In this document: in pieces, positions 49,827 through 59,550 of the stretch
Position numbering within the stretch: position 1 is the first letter of the stretch
How the letters are laid out: each line of letters starts with the position of its first letter
Assembly (NCBI GenBank): GCA_963719515.1
Contig: CAVRCJ010000011.1
Coordinates: 288,001-352,000, forward strand
Direction of reading: 5' to 3'
Source: an uncultured cyanobacterium
GTDB taxonomy: Bacteria; Cyanobacteriota; Cyanobacteriia; CAKZMO01
Length of the DNA stretch: 64,000 nt
Program-made: the position numbers and the translations under genes
Notes under the pieces: generated by a model
Databases searched by the model: none
Told to the model about the DNA's origin: nothing
Seen by the model: only the letters and a program-made list of their open reading frames with translations

Positions 49827-50771
49827 ATGGAAGATGTGACCTCCGCGACGTCAGCGCCGCTGACCAGCGCTAGCGACGCAACGTTGGTGTTTGACTGCTG
49901 CGAGACGGCAGGGACCCCAGGCGCGACGGGATCTATCTCAGAGTTGCGAGGAACGCTGCAGTCGATCTGCTGGCAAACCTCTACGCTAGGCGGTCTAGCG
50001 CCGTCGCCGACGGTGACGCAGCAGCTCCCCTACCTGCACGTCGGGCTAGACGATATTGGCTGTCAAGGTGACGGACGGGGCTCAGGGGAGTTTCTTCTGG
50101 TGAGGCGCAACCGGAGCCAGCGCCTAGCAACGTTTAGGCCCATTCCCGTACTGGGTCATACTCAACGCAGCTACCACCCCTGGCAGATGACCTATGCTTA
50201 CTTGACGTCAGCTTTCGACTGGGACGATCTGCAAACGGCTTACGGCGGTACAGAGGTCCTCCGATTTCTGGGCGATCGCACCCAGCAGCTCAATCGACTG
50301 CTCGCCGAAACGGTCAAAGCGCCTTGGTCATCATCCTGTAGCTACCTGTGCGATGCCGTTGCCGCCGCAATTGGCATTTGTCGCCAGCAGGCCACTTACC
50401 GAGGGCAGGGGGGGCTAGAGTTACGGAGGCTCTTGACGCCTAAAGCATTGCGCAGCGCTAGAAGCAGCCCCTATTCGCTCAAAATTCGGCTGCTCTATCA
50501 GCAAGAGCAGCCGCTTCCGTACTTAGAGCCCCGACCGATGTGGGAGCGCCTCCTAGAAGATGTGCAGGAAGGAGAGCCCCCAACCGCGATCGCAGGCCGG
50601 TTTTACCTAGGGCTCATTCAGGGCATTTCCGACATGGTCCACCTATTGAGTGAGGCCCACCAGATCAGCCATGTGTCGCTCTCCGGTCGCCTGCTGCAGA
50701 ATCCGCTGTTGGCCTACCAGCTAAAGCAGTCTCTCGCTAAGATGACGCCGCAGCTGAAACAAGTGGCATAG
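49827..50771 (+). CDS. Degenerate stand-alone HypF C-terminal (Kae1-like) domain protein
   Basis: GLDDIG...GEFL, SS....DAVAAAIG....YRGQGGLEL, IAGRF..GL and VSLSG...QN resemble the HypF C-terminal blocks. No acylphosphatase, zinc-finger or YrdC domains. Confidence 0.65.
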   Translation: MEDVTSATSAPLTSASDATLVFDCCETAGTPGATGSISELRGTLQSICWQTSTLGGLAPSPTVTQQLPYLHVGLDDIGCQGDGRGSGEFLLVRRNRSQRLATFRPIPVLGHTQRSYHPWQMTYAYLTSAFDWDDLQTAYGGTEVLRFLGDRTQQLNRLLAETVKAPWSSSCSYLCDAVAAAIGICRQQATYRGQGGLELRRLLTPKALRSARSSPYSLKIRLLYQQEQPLPYLEPRPMWERLLEDVQEGEPPTAIAGRFYLGLIQGISDMVHLLSEAHQISHVSLSGRLLQNPLLAYQLKQSLAKMTPQLKQVA

Positions 50772-50772
50772 C

Positions 50773-52026
50773 CTAAGCGTTAACGCCGTAGACCGAGTAG
50801 CCCACGTCCGCCAGCATGGCGTAGTCGATGGCGGTGGGGCGGCGCGCGCTGAGTGTAGCCTGAGACAGAGTCAACGGCGGCGGCGGGATGTCCGTAGTCG
50901 TAGCGTCCGGTAATTGGATTGGGACCGTCTTGGGACTGCAGCGGCACGTTGCGATCGCCATTGGCGGCCCTGGCATAGCGCCCCCGGAAAACGGCAGCTT
51001 CAGGAGACGAACTCTCGATTAGGTCTCGGCCCGCCTGGCTTTGACGAATCAAGCCCAAGGCATGCCCAATTTCGTGGGACATCAGCCAGTAGAGGTCAGC
51101 GTCAGAGTAGTCAATGGCGTACCGCTGATTGATGGTGAGCATGCTCACTCTGGGAAGTCCCCGGCGTCCCGACGGCAGTCCCTGATTCGAGTAGTGAGGC
51201 CTGTAGGTCTGTTCGCTGCCGGTATTGACGTCGAGATAGCTCGCCACAAAGACCAGCCCCGCGTCCTGCTGTCGGGCGTCGTCGTAGTCGCTGACCGCCG
51301 TAATGCGATATTGGCCGTTGAAGCCTAGCTCAGTGATCTCCGGGCTGGGGTCATACCAGCCTAGGCGGTGGGTCTGGGCAGGGGCGAGGGTGTATCCCCA
51401 GTAGCGATCGCTCTCTGGACTGCCAGCGGGGGTATCACTACCAACAGCATCGCGACTGTAGTGATACTCAAAGTCGTAGTGGACAAGGTCAATCGGGTTG
51501 AGAGAAGTCGGTTCAGCCGGGGATTGGACAGGTGGGGAGGGTGCAGTGGGGGGGCGGGGGTACGAGCAGAGGGCGCAGTGATGATAGGTGTCGCTGGCGG
51601 TAAGCCTGGTGTCGGCGAACCTAGCGGCGGGGCGGGGGGAGCAGGGAGCATTTGCAAAATCTGGGGGCGCAGCTTCAGCTAGTAGGGCAGAGCCTGCTGG
51701 CGAGTGCGGCGATCGCGAGTTGAAACCTTGACGAAGTAGCGACCGGCATCTAGGGTAGCCCGAATTTTTTCGGGGCGTCGCCCCTGCCGCTGCGATCGCT
51801 TCAGAGCCTGTCCTTGACGGTTCAAAAGAATCAAGTTGGCATCGAAGCGAAACCGCGATAGGTTGAGAACGACGCGGCTAGAGCGCCTCAGACGAAAGCC
51901 GTACAGGTCGATGCGATCGCCCATCCCAAGACGATCGCGGAGTCGAATTGGCGCGGTTAGCCGGCCCAGAGGTACGGCGGTTTTTCGAGTATTCCCAGCC
52001 CGATCGGCGGCCATAGTGCTGCCCAT
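50773..52026 (-). pseudogene. PPC-domain zinc metalloprotease pseudogene
   Basis: PPC-like domain (DLYGFRL...DANLILL...LDAGRYFVKV), in-frame TAG at 51679-51681, Pro-rich linker with a frameshift near 51550, HEIGHALG zinc motif and a second frameshift near 50855. Confidence 0.75.
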
Positions 52027-52447
52027 AGCGGTTAACGGTCAGTTATCTGACGTCGGCCTAGGCAAAATGTTCACCGCGAGCATGAACGCGGCTTAGACAG
52101 CGCAGCGCTAGTTGAAAACGAGGCTTGGGAATTGAGCAGCCTTAAGTCCAATATTTTACACTCGCTGATCCCTATAATTCGTTAGTGGAGCAGCTATTGC
52201 GACGCTCTATAGGATCTCGCTGCGTGAGGAGACGTGAGCGGTTTCTCAGCCCGCTATTTTGGCTCGACCTGCTGCGCCTTTATCCAAGTCGACGAATCTT
52301 CACACATAAAATAAGGCTAACTCAATATCATGCAAAGGTAGGGAAAGTTAGTTTGATTTTGGTTTAGTAACCGGGGTCAGCAGCCGTGCCCACTCACCTC
52401 AAGCCTGAAACTCGTATCACTTTTCAGATCAAGGAGTAATCTCAACC

Positions 52448-55400
52448 GTGCATGACAACTATTTAGGTGAGAGCGCTCTCACCCCAACCATCGCACTAGA
52501 ACAGTCGTTTAATACAGAGGCATCAGCGCTTGTCGTCGTCGATTCGCATCTTGCAGATGCGGAGACGCTGATTCAGGGCATTAGGCCTGGCGCAGCCCTC
52601 CTGAAGCTTGAGGTCGAGGATGGCATTGAGAAAATTGCTCAGGCTATTGAGAGCATGGGCGCTCTTGAAGAGCTGCACATAGTGTCCCACGGCTCGCCCG
52701 GCTGCCTATACCTGGGAAATACGGAACTTAGCCTAGAAACTTTAAGCCAACGGGCCGCTCAGCTCGCTCAGTGGTTCGAACCTGACCATTGGGCGGCATC
52801 TCCAAAGCTGCTGACTCTACGGCTGTAACGTCGCGGCTGGAGATGCCGGAAGCGAGTTTGTTTCCAAGCTGCATCACCTCACAGGGGCGGCGATCGCAGC
52901 CTCCACAACCCGCACGGGTCACGCCTCGTTGGGCGGAGACTGGACTTTCAGCACCCTTGTAGGGTACCCCAGTCAGCAGCCCCTTCCGGCGCTTGCTTTT
53001 ACAGCGGAGGCCATAAACCAATATGCAAGCGTGATGGCGAGCCTAGAGTTCCTCACAGCTGTCGGCGTCAATGGGGCAGCGACCAACGCTCCGGTAGAAG
53101 GCGACACTTTTCGGTTTTCCAACATCATCGCGGGAGCCGCCCCAGCGGACGAGATTGACGCCTTGCTGACTGTCGTTAACATCAACAACGGCGCTAGAAT
53201 CAGAACGCTCGACAACAACGACAACAACCCTTCAGCCTTTCGCCCCTTCATTGAGAAGGTCGCAACCACAGATAACGACCCGACCCTGCCTGGGGCGAGC
53301 ATTGAGTTCCAGATTGCCTTCGTACAGCCCGGAACAACAATTCCGGCCATTGTTCCAGAATTCAACGTCACCCTCTCCGACATCGACGGAACGTCCACCC
53401 AGCAGGAATTTGCTGACCTTGCCGGATTTCAGTCTTTTACAACCCTGGGAGGGGGCAACAGTCTGATCACAACCTCAGACTCTCCCGTCACGCCAGGGGT
53501 AACTCGGTTTTCCGGGGCATCCACAAACCTAGAGGAGTTCGATCCTCCGGGCAGCGAACAGATCAACACTCAAATTGCCGTCTCTGCCCAATATCTCAAC
53601 GCTAACGTCTTCAACTTTACGCTGGGTCTCACGAACCCAAACGACAGCGACACCCTAGGCGCTCGGCAGTTCTCCCTCAACTTTGACGAAACGCTAGTCG
53701 ATCAGTTTATTCCCCCTACTACATCCATCGTCAACAACGCGCCTCCCCTCGCGGCAATGACTTGGCCGTTACGGCGGTGGATACCCCGATCTCTATTGAC
53801 GTTCTGGCAAACGACTCAGACCCTGAGGACGGCGCGACGCCAGCGGGTGGCATCCTCCAAATCAACGGTAGCCCAGCCGTTGTAGGTCAGCCGGTTGCCT
53901 TACCGTCTGGCGGTACGGCGACCCTACAGGCCAGCGGCCTAGTCGACTATACTCCTCCCGGCAGGCTTTACGGACATAGATCAGTTTCTCTACACCGTTG
54001 CCGATAGCGCCGGTCTAGTTCAGAATGCCAGCGTCACCGTGACGGTGACAGACGGCAGCATCAATACCCCGCCAACGGCTGTTGATGACTTCGCCACCAC
54101 GGCGGTCGGCACCCCAGTTGTCGTCAATATCTTGGCCAATGATTCCGATGCCCAAGACGGTACCCCTCCGGGTGGCGGCATCACTCAGATCAACGGTACG
54201 CCGGTTGCCGTCGATCAGCCCATCACCTTACCCTCCGGCGGTACAGTGACGCTGCTACAGGACGGCACTGTCAGCTACGTACCGCCAGCAGGCTTCACGG
54301 CGTAGCGCAGTTTCCCTACACGGTTGCTGATAGCAGCGGCGCAACACAGACCGCCACAGTGAAGCGTCACGGTCGGGGCTGCGCCTATCGACCCCAATGA
54401 TGCCGATGGCGATGGTATCCCCAACGCTATCGATTTAGATGACGATAACGACGGCATCCCGGATGTCGATGAGTTGAGAGGTAACCCGAACCTCGACACG
54501 GACGGCGATGGCATAATAGATAGCTTAGATCTAGACGCCGATAACGACGGTATTCCTGATGTTATAGAGGCTGGTCACGACCAGGCCGACATCAACGGCG
54601 ACGGCAGACTTGATGGCCCCTTCGGCCCTAATGGACTCGCCGACATTGTGGAGACAGCCCCCGAGAGTGGCGCTATCAACTACCCCATTGCCGATACCGA
54701 CGGTGACGGCGTCCGCGACTTCCAAGATTTAGACACCGATAACGACGGCATCCTGGACGTGATCGAGGCCGGTCACGACGGCACTGATGCCGATGGTGAC
54801 GGTAGACTCGACGGACCTTTTGGCCGCAACGGGCTAGCTAACGAGATCGAAACGGCTCGGGAGAGCGGCGGCATCAACTACACCGTTGCCGATACCGATG
54901 GGGATGGCGTCCGCGATTTTCGCGACCTGGACACCGACAACGACGGGATTACCGATGTTATCGAAGGGGGCGGCAGTGACCCAGACGGCAACGGCATCGT
55001 CGGCGTGGGTACCCCTGTCGACAGCGATGGTGATGGTATTTTCGATGCCGCTGATCCCGACCTCGGTAACGGTCTACCGGTTCCCGATACCGACGGCGAC
55101 AGCGTCCGCGACTTCCGTGACCTGGACACCGACAACGACGGCATCGACGACATCATCGAGCGGGGTGGCAATCTGCCCGACGCTAACGGCGACGGTCGTG
55201 TTGACGGCCCTGACCCGGACGGCGACGGTATTGTTGCCGTTGTCGATGGCGATGAGGGCAACTTTGGCACCGGCCCTTTTCCAGTCCCGGCCCCAGCTGA
55301 TCCGAACGGAAACGGCGTTCCCGAATATCGCGAGCCGCCAGCGACCGACCAGGGTACCATCGGCGGCGATATCATCATTGGCGATAACGGCGATAACATC

Positions 55401-56039
55401 CTGAGCGGGTTCAGCGATCGCGACAGGATTCGCGGCCTGGGCGGCAACGACTTGCTCAACGGCGGCAGCGACAACGATCTGCTCAACGGCGGCGCAGGGG
55501 ATGACCTGCTCAACGGCGGCAGCGGCAGGGACCGGCTTTTGGGTCGCGGCGGCGACGACCTGCTCAACGGCGGCAGCGGCGACGACACCCTTATCGGGGG
55601 AAGAGGCAAGGATGTCATCAACGGCGGACGCGGCTCCGATACTATGCGGGGCAACGGGGGGCGCGACGAAATGAACGGTGGCGGCGGTAGCGATCGCATC
55701 TTTGGCGGGGGCGGTCGTGACAACATTCACGGGAACCGAGGCGCTGACCTGATCTTCGGGGGGGCCGCTCGGGATAGGCTGTCGGGAGGCGAGGGGAGAG
55801 ACACCTTTGGCTACAGCGCCGTCAAAGAGTTTGGCGACGTCATCACCGACTTTTCTATTTTGAAAGACAAAATAGACCTGGGAGCCCTTGGGGTCGGGAG
55901 CCTCGGCGATTTAGCTCTCACCCAGCGAGGCGACAATACTGTGGTCCGCGCTCAGGTTGGAAATGCGATGCGCCGCGTGGTGTTGCTTGAGGACGTTCGA
56001 GCTTCCACCTTAGATGGGGACAACTTCGTCTTTAGCTAG
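52448..56039 (+). pseudogene. Large secreted Ca-binding protein (DUF4347 + Ig-like repeats + DxDxDG repeats + RTX nonapeptides), frameshifted as given
   Basis: LHIVSHGSPG / LYGCNVAAG / LGGDW (DUF4347), two AVDD...VLANDSD...YTPPAGF repeats, many DTDGDG repeats and GGxGxD repeats. Five single-base indels near 52814, 53753, 53958, 54300 and 54362. Confidence 0.8.
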
Positions 56040-56119
56040 CCCTCTTTGGCTAACCCATCACGGTTCTAAGGGCGCGCTGCTTAGCCTGCCCTTAGGCTTC
56101 GCCCAGACTTGAGTATGTT

Positions 56120-57850
56120 ATGACGACTTGTTCGCCACTTTTCGCGTTCATGCTGGCGGTTTCGCCTGGGGAGTACCCCGTGCTCGAGGCTCCCAGGCCG
56201 CTACCGTCAGCAGCCCTTCGGCTGAGTCAGCAGCCCAATCCCAACGAAGACCGATTTCTTCAAGCGCCAGAGAGCGAGCCCACCGTAGAAGACTCATCTC
56301 CCGTTTTGCCGGATGCTAGCCCGCCCCAGCAGCCTGACGATGTCGTGGCTCCATCCGCCGACCCGCCTGCCGTCTCTTTCGTCGTGCAGCGAATTATCGT
56401 TAGCGGCAGCACCATTTTTGACGCCGCGAGCTTTCGTCAGATTGTTGCTCCCTTGGAAGGGCAGTCTATAACCTTAGACGACCTTCGCGGCGCGGCGGAT
56501 GAAATTACTCAGCTGTACCTCAGCGGAGGCTATCTGACCTCGCGCGCCGTGGTTCCCGACCAAACAATCGTCGGGGAAACCGCCCGCATTCAGATTGTTG
56601 AGGGGCGTATTGGTGAGATTGCGATCGCGGGCAATAATCGGCTGCGGCAGACCTACATTCGCAGGCGGGTTGAGCTAGGCGTTGACAGCCCTCTACGCAC
56701 CGATCGCCTGGAAGATCAGCTACGCCTGCTGCGCGCTGACCCACTCATTGAAACAATCGAAGCTAGTCTACGGGCTGGAGAAAATTTGGGGGAGAGCGTC
56801 TTGACGATTCAGGTCGTAGAGGCCGATCCTTGGACGGGTGACCTGCATATCGACAACTATTCTCCCCCTAGCGTTGGGTCCGAGCGCGTCGGCGCTGAGC
56901 TAGCCCACCTCAACCTCACGGGCCGAGGGGACGCTCTGTTCGCCGCCGTCGATCGGACAATTCGCGGTGGCTCTACCGTTGCGGAGGTGGGATATCGCAT
57001 CCCAATTAATTCAACGGGAGCGCTCCAGCTGCGCACCGTTATCAACCGCAACGAGGTCGTGCTGGCACCGTTCGACGACTTTGACATTCAGGGGGAATCA
57101 GAGCTATACGAAATCAGCGTCCGTCAGCCTCTGATGCGATCGCCTCGGCAGGAATTTGCCATCTCCGCAGGCTTTAGCTACCGAGATGGTCAGACGCTGG
57201 CGTTTGACGCCATTCCCGTTGGCGCTGGGGCGAATGACGAAGGGGTTACGCGCACGAGCGTTTTTCGGCTGGGCCAAGATTATGTCAGACGCGATCGCCA
57301 AGGGATCTGGGCGCTGCGATCGCAGTTCAGCCTGGGTGCCGATATTTTTAACGCCACCGTCAACGATGACGGCCCCGATGCTCTGTTTTTTAGCTGGTTG
57401 ACCCAGGCGCAGCGGGTGCAGCGCTTAAGCCGTAGCCAGCTGCTGGTTCTACAAATGGACCTACAGCTCACCCCCGATCCGCTGCTGTCATCCGAGCAGT
57501 TCGTCATTGGTGGCGGGCGATCGCTGCGGGGCTTTCGGCAGAACGCTCGGGCGGGCGATAACGGCCTGCGGGTCTCGGTTGAAGATCGGATTACCCTTGT
57601 TAGGAACGAAGCGGGAGAAGCCGCATTTCAGCTTCTCCCCTTTGCCGATGTCGGCGTTGTTTGGAACAATGGTGACGCGGCGCTCCCCGGCCAGAATATT
57701 TTGGCTGGGGTGGGCATCGGAGCATTGTGGGAGGTCTTGCCTGATTTTACCGTCCGCCTCGACCTCGCAGTGCCGCTCATCGATCTGGACGACCGGGGTG
57801 AAAATGCCCAAGACGACGGCATTTACTTCAGCGTCAACTACCAAATCTAG
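56120..57850 (+). CDS. ShlB/FhaC/HecB family (TpsB) outer membrane protein
   Basis: POTRA motifs YLSGGYLTSRA and QIVEGRI, IGGGRSLRGF (the RGY/F loop) and an aromatic C-terminal strand. Confidence 0.9.
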   Translation: MTTCSPLFAFMLAVSPGEYPVLEAPRPLPSAALRLSQQPNPNEDRFLQAPESEPTVEDSSPVLPDASPPQQPDDVVAPSADPPAVSFVVQRIIVSGSTIFDAASFRQIVAPLEGQSITLDDLRGAADEITQLYLSGGYLTSRAVVPDQTIVGETARIQIVEGRIGEIAIAGNNRLRQTYIRRRVELGVDSPLRTDRLEDQLRLLRADPLIETIEASLRAGENLGESVLTIQVVEADPWTGDLHIDNYSPPSVGSERVGAELAHLNLTGRGDALFAAVDRTIRGGSTVAEVGYRIPINSTGALQLRTVINRNEVVLAPFDDFDIQGESELYEISVRQPLMRSPRQEFAISAGFSYRDGQTLAFDAIPVGAGANDEGVTRTSVFRLGQDYVRRDRQGIWALRSQFSLGADIFNATVNDDGPDALFFSWLTQAQRVQRLSRSQLLVLQMDLQLTPDPLLSSEQFVIGGGRSLRGFRQNARAGDNGLRVSVEDRITLVRNEAGEAAFQLLPFADVGVVWNNGDAALPGQNILAGVGIGALWEVLPDFTVRLDLAVPLIDLDDRGENAQDDGIYFSVNYQI

Positions 57851-57892
57851 AACCCGCTGCGGAAATTACAATCGCGAGAACTTGTAGAGAGA

Positions 57893-58267
57893 ATGTCCAC
57901 GTCTCCCCCTTCAGATACCATCGAGGTCACGGAAATTCGGGCCTACGGCTATACCGGCGCACTGCCTGAAGAACAGGTACTGGGCCAGTGGTTCAGCGTA
58001 GACCTGACGCTGTTCTACGCTAACGACGCGGGAATTAGCGATCGCCTGGATGACGCCTATGACTACCGCTGGGCCATCAGCGCGGCGCAGCACACCGTAC
58101 GCAATACTCGCTTTCGCCTGATAGAGACCCTGGCCCAGGCGATCGCTACCCGCCTATTGTCAAAAGGTGCCCTGCAGCAGGTGCGGGTACGGGTCACCAA
58201 ACCCGCCGCTCCTATTCCCGATTTTGGGGGCCAGGTTGCCGTCACCATTTTCCGGACAGCACCTTAG
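57893..58267 (+). CDS. folB: Dihydroneopterin aldolase
   Basis: YGYTGALPEEQVLGQWFSVD, YDY, LIETLA, VTKP. Confidence 0.93.
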   Translation: MSTSPPSDTIEVTEIRAYGYTGALPEEQVLGQWFSVDLTLFYANDAGISDRLDDAYDYRWAISAAQHTVRNTRFRLIETLAQAIATRLLSKGALQQVRVRVTKPAAPIPDFGGQVAVTIFRTAP

Positions 58268-58335
58268 CGGCAAAGTTACGGTAGCGCCAGGTCACGGTAG
58301 CATCAGGGCCGTCGCCTCTAAACCCCGGCGCAGCG

Positions 58336-59535
58336 CTAGGCTGCGTCCCGCTTAGTCCGAACCCAGTCGGTTTGGCGGCTCACGATAAAGGCAACGTACA
58401 GCGGAATTTTCCATAAGACGTAAAGGGGAGCCGCCAGAAGAGCCGTACCAGAAACATGCCCTCGACCAAATTTCGCCCAGGCTGCCGTAATCGCCGTTAC
58501 GAGCAGCCCACCTTCGAGAGCCAGCAGATAAAGGGGGAGTCCAGCACCTCCCAATAGCGCCGCAATTCCAGATATAACAAGCGCGACCCCCCACAGCATC
58601 ACCAAAAGAGATAGCGGCGGGACGGCAAGCTCTAGCGCCAGCGCCAGCAGATCAAAGCGCCGTTGAACAACAGACTGCTTGAGCAAACGCGGCACTTGAG
58701 TCATCAACGTTCCGAGGTGTCCGTGCTCCCAACGCGTGCGCTGCCCTTTAGCGGCATCGTCGTCTTGAGGAAGCCTACCAGTTACCCTTGCCGTCGAGCA
58801 AAACTGCGGGGGGTGGCCTGCGATCGCCAGATCTAACCCTAGCTGCATGTCTTCAACAATGTTGCCGCTCGCCAAAGGTGCATCCCGAATAATGTCCCAG
58901 GGAAACGCCATACCCGTGCCCGTGAGCAAGCAGGGCAGTCCCAGCCGCGCTAGACCAGAAGGCCGTACCCAGTTTTTAACCAGAAAGGCTAGGGCGGAAA
59001 TTGAGTCCGAGGGGCTAGGGTCAGGCGGCACATCCATTAAGTAGACGGCCTGCACAGGTCTATGGGTAGAGCGCGACTGATGAGCAATTCGAGACAGCGC
59101 CAATGGCTCTACCCAGCAGTCTGCGTCAACCATAACGACGGTCTGCAGCGCCTGACGCTCTAAGTGACGTAGCCCGTAGTCGAGGGCGTAGCCTTTACCT
59201 CGATTGACTGGGTCGTGGCGCTCTAAGACCGAAACGCTGAAGTCTCGGGCGATAGACGCTGTACCGTCAGTGCAATTGTCGGCCACAACGCAAACCCCTG
59301 CCGAATCTGGGCAGGTCGCCGTCACCGACTTCAGCGTCTCGGCAATGCCGGACGCTTCATTATGGGCCGGAATAAGAACAGCAGTTTTGGGAGCGGAGGC
59401 GTCATCGCTAGCGGGCAAAGCGGGTAAGAGTGCCGCCATACATTCGACAAACAAGACGCCAATCGGGACGAGGAGTATCGCTGCAGCGGCGAATCCGCCA
59501 AACTCAACAGCGTGAATGAGCCACTGATATAACAT
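58336..59535 (-). CDS. Glycosyltransferase family 2
   Basis: IPAHNE, ADNCTD, GKGYAL, DAD, ED and QRTRW. Confidence 0.92.
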   Translation of the reverse strand: MLYQWLIHAVEFGGFAAAAILLVPIGVLFVECMAALLPALPASDDASAPKTAVLIPAHNEASGIAETLKSVTATCPDSAGVCVVADNCTDGTASIARDFSVSVLERHDPVNRGKGYALDYGLRHLERQALQTVVMVDADCWVEPLALSRIAHQSRSTHRPVQAVYLMDVPPDPSPSDSISALAFLVKNWVRPSGLARLGLPCLLTGTGMAFPWDIIRDAPLASGNIVEDMQLGLDLAIAGHPPQFCSTARVTGRLPQDDDAAKGQRTRWEHGHLGTLMTQVPRLLKQSVVQRRFDLLALALELAVPPLSLLVMLWGVALVISGIAALLGGAGLPLYLLALEGGLLVTAITAAWAKFGRGHVSGTALLAAPLYVLWKIPLYVAFIVSRQTDWVRTKRDAA

Positions 59536-59550
59536 GACGCTCTTTTTTAC

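Noticed and set aside
49495..50100. PatS/PatX-like RGSGR peptide near hetZ
   Set aside because: Only RGSGE occurs, inside the HypF-like ORF. The 67-aa ORF at 49495-49698 has no such motif and little coding support.
54400..55700. Repeats in the RTX gene as a DGR or array
   Set aside because: They are ordinary in-frame Ca-binding protein repeats, with no reverse transcriptase or adenine-specific variation evident.
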